Assembly: GCA_001724265.1 (NCBI GenBank)
Contig: MEDY01000166.1
Span: forward strand, 1 to 58,362
Direction of reading: 5' to 3'
DNA: 58,362 bases
Source: Rhizaria sp. SCN 62-66
Lineage: Eukaryota
Every line of letters starts with the position of its first letter. The first letter of the stretch is position 1. Below, one piece after another: positions 12,537 to 24,500 of this stretch. Both the position numbers and the translations under genes were made by a program. The notes beneath the pieces are model-generated. The model had not been told where the DNA came from and searched no databases. It worked only from the letters and a program-made list of their open reading frames with translations.

Positions 12537-15500
12537 ATGGCCGAGCGCCCGCCCGCCAACCACAACGTCAACGCAGCTGCAATGACGACGGCAACGGCCG
12601 CTGCGACTGCGGCTGCGGTTCCGGCGTCGACGATTGTGGCGGGCGTGATGACCGTGGGGCAGATGCAGCGCCTGGCGCCGCACCAGCGTCTCGAGCTCGA
12701 GCAGGGCCTGGGGCTGTTGCGCGACGCACTCGGCGCCCTCGTCACCGCGCCCTTCCTGCAGCAGCAGTTCCCCGCGCTCGCCGCAGCTGTCTCGCAGTCC
12801 GCGGCCGCCAACGCCGCCGCGGCCGCGGCCGTTGCGCCGTCATCGTCCTCGTCGTCGTCAGCAGCAGCGCCGTCTCTGTCACAGCCGATGACGTGGTCTG
12901 CGTCGCCGCCGGCGCTGGCCCTGTTAGAACACCTGCTCGCGGCGATCCCCTTCCGCGTTCTCGCCCAGTCGCTCGACGACCTCGAAGGCGGCCGCGCGCG
13001 CGGCCGCGAGCGCCTGCGTCTTCAGCTGCAGGTGAAGCTTATTGTGCGCGGCATCCAGGCGTCCGCGCCGGCGGCGGCGCTGTGGCCGGCGGCCGACGCG
13101 CGGCGGCTCGCGGTATCTGCGCTGATGCAGTGCTTTGGGCCGCTGCTGGACCTGTTCCCGCTGCTGCGGCTCGTTTTCCCCGACGTGGACCGCGACCGCG
13201 TGATGGGTGTTAGCCACCGGTTTGCGGGCGAGATTTTCGCGAGGGTCTACGGGCTCGCTTCGGAGGGCACCGCCGCCATTAAGGACTACAAAACCAACCA
13301 GATCGGCTCCGAGCACAGTCGCGACCAGTCGCTGGTGGCCGAGGCCGTGCTGCGTGACTACTGCTGCAGCAGGGACGCCGACGCGGCGCGCCGCCCCGGC
13401 GACTGGGTGACTGTGGGCGACGTCAACGGCTTCCTGGACGCGATGGCCCGCGCCGGCCGGGAGCGCGGTACGGCGCTGCTGGCACCGCTGGCGCCCAAAC
13501 TTACGGCCCCGCAGGTCAAGTGGCTCATGCGCATCGTCAAGAAGGACATGAAGCTGGGGCTGCGCCACAGCCGCGCGCTCCAGGCCCTCTACCACAACGG
13601 CGAGGCCGTCGCCAAGTACGTCGACTTTACAATCACAACGCAATCCCAGTCACACGCGTGTTTGTTGCGACATGTTGTAACGTTGCACACTGTATTAATT
13701 CATTTGTTTTGCTTCAATGAAATCAATGTCTTTCGAATTTTTATGTTTGCGGATACTCACACAAATCGTTCCGATTTATTACTTTTTTTCTAACTTCAGC
13801 GTATCAACCCTCCGCAAGGCGTGCGAGCTCCTCGCCAAGCAGTCCGACCCTAGCGGCAACGGCTTCCTCAACAATAACTACGGCAACGCCGGCGCCGGTG
13901 GTGGCGCGGGCGCGGGCGCGGGCCGGCACATCGGCGGCACGATCGTGTTCGAGATATTCCGCTGCGTGCTGGCCGAGAACTACTCCTTCTCGAGCCCGCG
14001 CCGCCTGCCCGCGCAGCCGGGCCCTTTCGTGGCGCAGGACAAGTTCGACGGCGAGCGCATGCTGCTGCACAAGCGCGGCGCGCGCACAGCCTTCTACTCG
14101 CGCAACGGCAAGGACTTCACGGCCGCCTACGCCGCGCGCTTCGTCGCGGACTGCGGCGCGGGGCTGGCGCACTTGCGCAGCGCCGTACTTGACGGCGAGC
14201 TGCTTACGTGGAACGCCACGCGGCGCCGCTTCGAGCCGCCCTGGATGAACCGCGCCGCGCTGGGTCAGTTCAGCGCCGGCGCGCGCGCGCGGGCCGCGGC
14301 CGAGTTCGCGCTCCTGCCCTCCCGCGCGGCCGCGACAGGTGTGGGCGGCGCGGCCACGACGGCGGGCGGGAAGCTGCTGGCCGGGGGCGCGCCGGCTGTG
14401 TTCAGGCGCGGGGGCGCAACTGCGGTCGCCGCAGCCGCGCTCGACGGCACCGGTGGCGGTGGCAGCGGCGGCAAAGGCGATGGCAAGAAGCAGAGGAAGC
14501 CGGCCGGCGACAACGGCAATGAGAGCGACGATGTCGAGGGCGCAGACAACGAGAACAACAACGCCGACGACTACGACTACGGCGACTACGGCGGCGATAA
14601 CATGGTCAACAACGCCGTCGACGTCGCCGCTGAGACCCTTGGCTTCGGCTCCGCAGGCTCTCATAGTAGCGAGGCGGGCGAGAAGGACGCGGCCAAGGGC
14701 AAGCGCGAGCGCGACCACGACGTGTGGTGCCGCTTGTGGAAGGCCGCGGTGGACTCGTACCCGCAGACCGCGCCAGTCCCGGTTGCCGGCGGCGCGCTCG
14801 CCTTGAGCAACAACAGCAATAACAACGGCGGTGTTGCGAATCGCGGCGCCGGGATGCCGATGCTCGATATCCAATACTCTCGCAGCGCTAGCAACAACAA
14901 CAATAACGACGTGAGGACCGGTGGCGCTGCTGCTGCCAATGCAGTGGCTATGTCTGACGGCGCCGGCGACGACTACGAAGACCCGTTTCTGGCCATGATG
15001 CGCGAGGCCAACGACGCGGCCGAGGACGAGTACAAGACGGCGGCCGCGGCGGCGGCGGCGACGGCGGCCGCGGCACAGGTGGCCGCAGCCAAAGCGGCGA
15101 AAGCAGAGGCTGCGGCCAACGCCCGCAAGGGCGGCGAGACCAGTAGCAGCGGCAAGGCCGTTGTTCTGACCACGGGCAGCGGCAACATCTACGACGACGA
15201 TGATGATGATGATGACGACGCTGCTGCGACGCCGATCGCGGGTAACGACGACGACGAAGAGGACTACGTGCCGGCGGGTCCTAACGACGAGCTGCATCTG
15301 TGCTTCGTCGCCTTCGACATCCTGTATCTGGAGGGCCGCTCGCTGGCGCACCTGTCCTACGGCGAGCGCCGCGAGAAGCTGGTCCACGCGCTGTCACTCG
15401 ACGGCGGGCCCGGTGAGCCGCGGCGTGCGACAACGGTCCCGCGGCGGCTGGAGATTGCGCGTGACACGGTCTTCTTCCCGCTGGGCGACGCCGAGGCCAA

Positions 15501-18500
15501 AGCCGAGGCCGCGGAGGCCAAGGCGGTCGAGGCGGCCTCCAACAGCGGCGCCTCGGCCAACAAGCTCACCGTGGCTGCCGCCGCGGCTGGCACTAATCGG
15601 GCCAACATCAACAACGGTGGCAGTAATAAGAGCAAGCGCAAGGTAGTGCGGCGCGACGACTACGGCGGCTTTGTTGAGGAGTACGAAGACGGCTCCCGCG
15701 GCCACGGCGGCGACGACGATGATGACATTGTGGGCATTGAGGGTGACGTCTTCGCAGTCGGCCTCGGCCCTGGCGAGTCGCCCGCGCAGACCTACAACAA
15801 CATGAACAACTACAACTTCAGTGACGGCAACGGCGACGGCAACGGCTACGGCGCGAGAGCGGTGAAGAACCCGGTGGCGGAGGCGTACCGCCGCGTGCGG
15901 TCCTGGCTGCGGCCCGAGAGCCCCATGTGGCCGCACCTGCAGTGCGCCGTGCCCGTGCGCGGCACCGCGGCCGCGCTCGAAGCAAGGTACCCGGATCTGG
16001 CGAAAAAACGCAATGCGTTTCGATGACATTTCTCGATGATCAAAACTTCTAGTCTTTTTTTTGCGTTTGTTGTCATCATTCAAAACTTTATTTTTGTGTC
16101 TATTTTTGTTGAAATCACTCTCACTGTACTCACTCTATCGCGTTGTACATATCCTGATTTCTACTCAACTCCTAGGATGCTGTACGCGGTGCACCGCGGC
16201 CTGGAGGGCATCGTGCTCAAGTCCGTCGCGGAGCCCTACGCCTTCGCCACGCGCAGCCAGTCGCTGTGGAGCAAGCTCAAGCCCGACAACGTCGCCGGCC
16301 ACGCGCCCGAGGTCGACTGCGTCGTGCTGGGCGCCTCCAACGCGCACGGCGAGCTGCGCTCGGACGGCGTTGCCTCCTTCTACCTCGGCATCCTCGCCAA
16401 CAGCAGCGCCAACAACAACGGCAAGAACGCTGCGGCATCATCTTCGTCGGCGCGGCCGCTGCAGTTCTACGGCTTCTGCCGCATCGGCACGCGCTACAGC
16501 ATGCAGCAGCTTGCCGAGATCCGCGCTCTCTTGGCGCCGCTGCTGCGCCCGCGCGACCGCGCCGTGTCGGTGGCGGCCGACGCGCCGGGCTACCTGCTGC
16601 ATCCGGAGCTGCTGGGCAAGCCGCCCGACTACTGGGTGCGTGACATCGCGCGCGCGCCCGTCTTCGCGGTGCGCTGCGGGTCGTTGATGCGCGCGCCCGC
16701 GGTCCGCAAGGGCTCCTCGACTGGCGCAGTCACGGTGCGCTTTCCGCGCTTCCTGCGCGTGCGCGACGACAAGACGGCCGCCGACGTCGACAGCGAGGCC
16801 TCGGTTGCCGCGCTCGTGGCCGCGCAGGCCGAGCGCGCGCGCCTCGGCCTCGGCGATGGCGGCGGCGCTCACGGCGACGGCGACGGCGACGCTGACGGGA
16901 GCGGGCGGCGGCGGCGGCACTTGCGCAGCGCGGCGGTGTGCGCGGACGACTTCCGCCGCCGTCGCCTCCGCGTCAAGGCCGTCGACGGCGCAGACACCGC
17001 GGGCGCGCGCGCGCTCGCCGCAGCCGCTGCTTCGGCCGCCGCCACCGGTGCTGCCGGGAGCGGTGGCGGCGGCGGCGGCGGCGGCGCGAGGACGGCCGTG
17101 CTGGTGCGCGCGACGGCGACGCAGGTGCGCGCGGCGGGCATGGCGACGGTGCAGGACGACGACGGCTTCGACGACGGCTTCGGCGCCGGCCTTGGGCCCG
17201 AAGACGACGGCAACGGCGGGGCACATCAGCAGCAGTTGCAGCAGCAGGACGACGGCGACGACTACGACGGCGAGGCCGACGGTGAAAACGTCCATAAGAA
17301 GGTCGACAGCGACGACGAAGACGACTGCGACGACGGCAGCGGTGTGAACGACGGCGACGAGGCTGGCGCGGAGGACGGCGGTGGCAAAGCCAGAAGTGGA
17401 CCCGGTGGCGATGCCGTTGCCGCGCCAGTGATCGTGTCGGGGGCAACGCTCAAGCGAGCCGCTGCCGCCAACGCCGCCGCCGCCGCCGCTGCTGCTGCTG
17501 CTCCGAATGCTGCGAGTGCGAGCGCCTCTGCGCGTGTTGCTCCAGTCGCTCCTGTGGTCCATGCCCCTGCTCCGAATGTCGCTGCGCCTGCGCCTGTGAC
17601 CGCCAACGCTGCGACTGCTCCTAAGCCCACTGCCAACGCTGCTGCCGCTGCTATTATGACGTCGAATGCGACTTCGCCTACCACGGCGGCCGCCGCGCTG
17701 GCCGCGAAGACCGTCGCCGCGTCCCTGGCCGCCGCCGCAGCACCGGCCAAGCCCGCCCGCGCCCGCCCCTCCGCCGCCGCCAAAGCCGCCGCCGCCGCTG
17801 TTGCTGCGGGTGTGACGGTGAACGTGCCGGTGCTGCCCGCCGCCGCGCTGGCCTCGCTCAAGGGCGCGCTGTCCGAGGCCGGCCGCAAGCGCGTGCTCGC
17901 AGCCGCCGCCGCCGCCGCCGCCGCCGATCCCGCCGCGGCGGCTGCGCAGACTGTCGGCGACGGCGACAGCGACGGCGACGGCGTCGACGACGAGCAAGAG
18001 GAAGATTATGAGGACGGAGCGAAGCCGCGCATCAAGCGCGAGCGCCCCGCCAACGCCAACACTACAGACGTTAGCAGCGCTAGCACCGGTGCCATCAGCA
18101 ACAGCGGCACTGTGAGCGTTAGCGCCAACGCGACCGGGCAGCAGCGGCTGAGCGCGCTCGACGCGGCGGTGGCGGCCAAGAAGCTCCGCGCCGCCGAGGC
18201 CGCCGCCAAGCGCAAGGCCACGCTGGAGCGCAAAAAGGCCGCCGTGGCCGCCGCCACTGCCGCCGCCGTCGCTGCGGCTGCTGCGGCGGCGGCCGATCCC
18301 ACTTCCGTCGCTGCTGCAGAGGCCGCGGCAGCAGCAGCCGTCGCGGCAGCCGCGGTGGCTGCAGTAACGTCGTCGACGGCCGCTGCCAAGCGCAAGCCTG
18401 CCGCCGCCACGACTGCTGCCACCGCAGCCAAGAAGGCCGCCGCCGTCGTCGTGGAGCTGTTGGAGGACGGCGACAGCGACGTCGAAGTCGACGCCGAGGC

Positions 18501-21500
18501 CGCGGCGGCCGCGGCGGGCGCCGTGTTCTGCGGCGGCGACGACGACGTGCTCGACGCCGTGGGCCGCTGGGCCCGGCTGCACGAGCACACCATGGCGCGG
18601 TTCCTCGCCGCAAACAACAACAACAGCAACAACGGCAACAGAAACAGCAACGCTAACTCGAATAACAATAACAGCAGCAGCAGCAGCAGTAGTAGTGACA
18701 GCAGTGGCAGTTTTGGCGCCTTCTCGATGCTGCGCGGTGGCAGCCCCACGCGCGCCGACGGAAGCCACTTCTTCAGCGCCCCCGTGTCCGTGCCCGCCGA
18801 GGCGCGCGCGCTTTACGACGGCCTGGACATCGGCCCTCTGCCGCCGCACGCACCGGGCTCGCACGCGCTGGGCTCGCAGGCGTTCGGCTCGCTGGCACTG
18901 GGCTCGCTGCCGCCGCGCTCGCCGCCGCACTCGCCGCCGCACTCGCCGCCGCACTCGCCGTTGCGCGGCAGCCGCCGCGAGCGCGCCACTGGCGCTGCTG
19001 CGGCCGCGGCCGTACCTGCGGACAGTGGCGGCGCTCGGAGTCTGCGGGGCGGGGCTGCGCGCGCGCTCGCGGCCGCCGACGCCGCCGACCGCGCCGCTGC
19101 CTCTGACGTCGTCGCCGCCGCCATCGCATCTGCCGCCTCTGCCGCTGCTGCAGCCGTGATCAACAGCAGTTCGAGCGCGAGCGTGAGCGCGGTGACGGGC
19201 GGCATTCTGGGCTGGATGCTCCCGGGCCGTCCGCAGCGCATGGCGCAGGCGCACCTGCGGCAGCTGCTGCGTCGGTCGGGCCTCCCGCGCCCGGACACGC
19301 ACGCGCTCACGGCCGGCGGCCCCACGGGTCACCCCACGTGTTCCACCGCGGGTTCCCTGTCGCGGTCGCGTTGGCAACACCAGAGCCTGTGGAGCGCGCG
19401 ACTGAGTGAGCCGCAGTGGTTGTTACTGCTGCGCGCCGGGCTGCCGCGGCTGCCGCAGATGCTCGCCGAGGCCGCCGCCGACGCTGCCGCCGCGGGCATC
19501 AAGCAGAGCGGCAATTCGGCGTCTGCTGCCAGCGCCAACACCAGTGCCAGTGCCAGTGCGCCTAGCGCGGTCGAGCGGCAGACCGCGCTGCGCGACCGCC
19601 TGGCGGCGCTGCGCCTGCCCGCGCTGCCCGGCATCGCGCTCGGCGCCGGCGCCAACAGCGGCGCCGGCGCGCTGCTCAGCGGCTTGACTTTCCGCGTGCT
19701 GGGCGATGCGCGCGTGCGTTTGCCGCTGGGTCGTGCCGAGCTCACGGTCACTTGGCTCAGCAGCGGCAGCGGCGGCTACGGTGGTGGTAATACTGTCACC
19801 GTCTTCGGCAGCATCGACGAGCAGTATCTCCCCGCGCCCAGCAGCAGCACCGGCAGCAGCAGCAGCAGCAGCAGCGACAGCGGCAGCAGTAGTCAGAAGG
19901 ACGGAGTGCTCGTGACCGTGAGCGGCCGCAGCGACTACGCCGTCAAGCCGGAGCACGGCGCCCTCGGCGGCGGTGGCGCCACTGCGCTAGCCGGCGGCGG
20001 CGGCGCGGCGGCGGGCGGCTGCGGCGCGCTGGCGGCCACAGCGGCCGCGGTGGCGCTGGCCTCCGTGGGCGACACCAACAGGCCCTTCACCTTCACGCTC
20101 AGGCTGCTGCGCGTGCCGCCGCCGCAAACGAACGCCGGCACTGCCAGGGGCGGCGGCTCCGCCGGCAGCAGCGGCAGCTCGACCGCGGCCAACAGTAACA
20201 CGTCGAGTCAGCTCGTCGGTAGCAACCTGTGGATGTCCTCGCAGCTGCCGCAAGCGCTCCCCGCCGCCGCCGCCGGCCCGCGCTCTCCGCCCCGCACCCC
20301 GCCCCGCAACGGCAGCGGCAACGGCTCCGGCTCCGGCTCTAACGCGAGCGCCAGTGCGGGCGCCGTTGCGAGCGGTGGCGCGTCGCCGGGCGCGCTGCCG
20401 GGCCCCGTGCCGGGCCCGGTGTCGGGCGCGGGCGAGTGGGCGCTGCTGCGCGCCCCCGTGCTGGCCGCGCTCATCACCGCGCTGGGCGGGCGCGTCACTA
20501 CCGCGGGCTCCACGGGCGTCACAGGTGTCACAGGCTCCGCGGGCAGCGCGCTGGTGGTGGCGGCGCGAGGGCACCCGTCGCTGCCGTTCAACCTGCGCAG
20601 CGGCAGCCACGACATCGTGACCGCGCAGTGGGTGCTTGAGGCGGCGCTCGCGGGCTGCGTGTGGCGCCCCGCCGCGCTCGCCACCGCGCTCGCGCAGGCG
20701 CAGGCTGCCGAGGTCGCTGCCGCGGTCGCCGCCGCCAAGGCGGAGCGGCTGCGTGCCGGCGCGGCGCTCGCGGCCAACGCCAAGAGCGCTGCTGCTGCTG
20801 CCTCTACTGCTGACGCTTCCGCTGCTGCTGATGCGAGTGCGGGCGCGAACGGCGCTGTCGACTCGGTGCGCGTCAAGAACGAGCCGGGCGTGAAGCTCGA
20901 GGTCGCGGGACTGCTGCAGCAACAGCAGCAGCAGATGCAATATGACACCGCGCTCAACGCGCTCAGCGCCGGCCTCCTTGGCAGCACCAACAACGGCGCC
21001 GCTATCAGCGATACCAAATATACCGACACCTCGAGCGCTCGCACCACCGCTGCCACAGCCGCCGGCTCTGCGTCGTCCACCGTCTCTGTCAAGACCGCCC
21101 CCGCGGCTGCCGCTAGCGCGACCGCCGGGGACGACTGCGCGTGGGCCGTGCGCGTGCACCGCGCCCTCAGCGACCGCCTCGTCGACGGGCTCTGGCTGCC
21201 GCGCCGCCTTTGTCTCGCGCGCCGCGCAGCGCGCTCCGCCGCGCGCTCATCGCAGGCGCAGTCTAACGCGGCCGCGGCCAAGACGACGGGCAAACGCGCT
21301 GCCGGCGCTGCTGCGGCAAACACCGCGGCGCCGACACCCGTCGCGGCGATGCCGGTGAGCGTGAGCGCGGGCGCGCTGGCCGTGGCCGCCGCGACCGCGG
21401 CCGCCGCGGCGCGGCGCGGGCCCTCCGCCGCTGCGGCCGCGGCGCGCGCCGCCGCTGTGGCGGCCGAAGACGCTGCGCTCGACGTCGGCGAGCTCGCGGC

Positions 21501-24500
21501 CGCCGTGACTGCCGCCGGCGCGCGCGGGGGCCGCGGCGGCGGCGAGAGCGGCGGCAGCGAGGGCGACAGCTGCAGTAGCGATGACGACGGCGACGGCGAC
21601 GGCGGCTTTGACGCGGACGGCTTCGGCGACGACGACTACTTCTACAGCAGCGACGACGGCCTCGACTCGCGCTCCGACTCCGACTCTGATGCCGAGTACG
21701 CGGCGACGAGCGCCATAGTCGGCGCCGGCTCCAGAGTGCTGCGACACGCGGACGTCTTTGGCGACTCGCTCTTGCGGCCCGCCAGTCTGTCCATTGCGGG
21801 CCGCATTCCGTTCCAACAGCAGCAGCAGCAGAGCCAGCAGGGGCCGGGCCAGCGCGGGCAGCGGCAGCAGGGCTCGGGCCGCTGCGCCGCGCACGCCGTG
21901 TTGTCCGCGGCCGCCGCGCGCGCGCTCGCCGCGCTCGATACCTGCGCTGACCAAGATGCTGAGAGCAAGAGCGCCTCGAACGCTGACGCCGACGAATCTG
22001 ACGACGCGGAAAATGATGCTGGGAACGGTGAAGACTGGTGGGGGCGGCGACTACGACGCGCGCGCACTGCCGCGGCGGCGCCGGCGCCCGTCTCGGCGGC
22101 GCCCGCGGCGGAGAGCGCGCGCGTGGCCCGGGCCGCCGCCGCGCTGGACCGCGCTGAGACGCGCGCGCAGCGCCAAGAACGCCGCTGGGCTCTGCGCGCG
22201 CTGCTCTGCGACCGCGTCCGCACGCTCCTTGCGCGCGCCGCCGCCAGCAGCAGCTACACCAACAGCAACAACAACGGTGCCGGCTGCGGCAGCGGCAGCT
22301 ACTATGGCAGCAGTCTGCAGAGCAACAGCCTCGGCAGCGGCGGCGGCGGCGGCCACGGGCAGCTCGGCTCCGCACCCCTCTCGCCCCCGCGACTCCACCC
22401 CGGCGCTGGCGCTGCCGCCGCTGCTGTCAGCGCTGGCGCTGCTGTCAATGCGCCGGTGAGTGCGACGGTCATGGCGAGCCTGGCGGTGTGGAGCCGCGAG
22501 GAGGGCGTGGTCGAGGCCGCGCTCGTGCGCTGTTGCGAGGTCGCCGCCGCCGGCGCGCGCGGTGCCACATCTAGCGCCGCCGCCACCGCTGTCGCTGCCA
22601 ACATCACCACAAAGTCTACGCGCTCAGTGGGCGCAGTGAACGCGGCGCTGGCGGCGGCGCAGCGGCGGGCCGCGCGCGCGCTGCCGGGCGGGGGCGCGCC
22701 GCAGTGCCGGCTGCACGGCGCGGTGGCGCAGTCTGCGCTCGCGCAACAGCTGCAGCAACTGCAGCAACAGCAGCAGAGGCAGTCGCAGCACCCGCGCTAC
22801 GACGCGTCGCTGTCGCAGGACAACGACGGGCTCAGACACGGCTGGGACGGCGCCGACGGCTCGCTCTCGCAGTGGCCGCTGCAGCAGCAGCACTCGTATT
22901 CGCAGTCGCAGTCGTCGCCGCGGGCCGCCTCGCCGCTGCGCTCGCCGCTGCTCTCGCAGCAGCAGCAGCAGCGCCTGCACGCGCACACGCAGGCGCAGGC
23001 GCAGGCGCAGGCACAGGGCATCGCGGCCCCGGAGGCGCTCGCGCTGCTGCTCCGCTGGCTGCTGCTCGAGACGGCCGAGCGCGGCCGCACGGAGCCCGGC
23101 TGCAGCTGCCACAGCGCGCTCGCTTACGCCCACACCGCGGCCGGCGCCAGTGCCCACAGCAGCGGCAGCGGCGGCGGCAGCGGCGGGGGCAGCGTAGGCA
23201 GCCCGACCGCGGGCAGCCCCAGTGTGAGTGCGGGCGCGGTGGCCGCGGAGGATACCGCGGGGCGCGCGCGTGTACGCGCCATTCTGCGCACGCTGACCGC
23301 GAGCTCCGCGCAGAGCACCGTGCTCGACGCGCTGGCTGCGGCGGCCGCGGCGGCGGCGGCCGAGGCGGAGGGGCGCTACCGCGGCCGCGACCCCTACAGC
23401 GGCAGCAGCAGCAACAGCACTGTCAACACGGTTGCGAAGGCTCCGAGCAACGTTGCCAGCGCGAGCAGCGGCGGCGTGACCGCGACGTGCGACGGCGACG
23501 ACGACGGCGCTGGTGAGAGCAAGTGCAGCGGCGTCGCATGCGCGAGCGTGTGTGCGAGCGTGACAGTGAGCTGCGCGGACCGGCTCTGGTCGCCAGCGCT
23601 CGCGGCCGCGGAGGCCGTCGCCGCCGCCACCGCCGCCATGACCGACGACGCCCCTGCCCACGGTCACTCCGCTGTCCGCGGTCGCGGCGCCAAGGGGCGT
23701 GGCCCCGCGGTGCGCTCGCGGCGGGAGGCCCTGGCCGTGAAGCTGGACGCGGCGCGGCTCGGCAGCCCGCAGGCCCAGCTGCAGTCGCAGTCCTCCTCCT
23801 CCTCCGCGACCGCGGCAGCGACGGCGGCGACGGCAATGGCGGTGGCCGCGGCGGCGGCGGCGACCGCGGCTGCCGTTGCCACCGCTGCCGCGGCTCTGAG
23901 CGGCGGTGCGCTGTCCCGCCCCAGCCCCAGCTCCGGCTCCAGCTCCAGCTCTGGTAGCGCGAGCGCGACGGTGGCCGCGGCGGTGGCGTCGACGGCCGCG
24001 GCCGCGGCGGCGCTGCCGCAGTGGATTGTGCCCGTGGCCGCGAGCCTGCCCGGCGCCGAGGCCGCAGCGCTGGCTGCCGTTGCCGCCGCGGTGCGCCCGG
24101 CGGCCGCCCACACTGACGACAACAGTGTCGCCGCGAGCGTGAGTGCGAGCGCGAGCACTGTTGGCGCACAGTCGGTCGCCGCGGTGCCCAGCTGGCGTGC
24201 GCTGGCTGGCTCCCCGGGCTCGGCCGCGGGCGCCGCCACAAGCCCTGCGTCGGCCCATACTGCAACAGCTGCTGCGGCCGCTGCTACTGGTGACGCGAGC
24301 GCGACGCAGTGCCTGGCCTGCGCTCTGGGGCTCAACCTCAAGCAGCCCGCGGGCGCTAATGCCGCAAGCAAGAGCTCCCACTTGTTCATTGAGTCCCCTA
24401 CATCTGCGTCGGATGCAAGCGCGCGCACGACGTGCACGTGCGGCGCGCTGTGGCAGCGACACGTCACCCCCATCGTCGCCAGCGCCAGCGCCAGAGCCGG

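Noticed and set aside
16036-16175. Hydrophobic 'signal peptide' at the start of the 3725-aa ORF
   Set aside because: Translation of the T-rich LIG4 intron 2.
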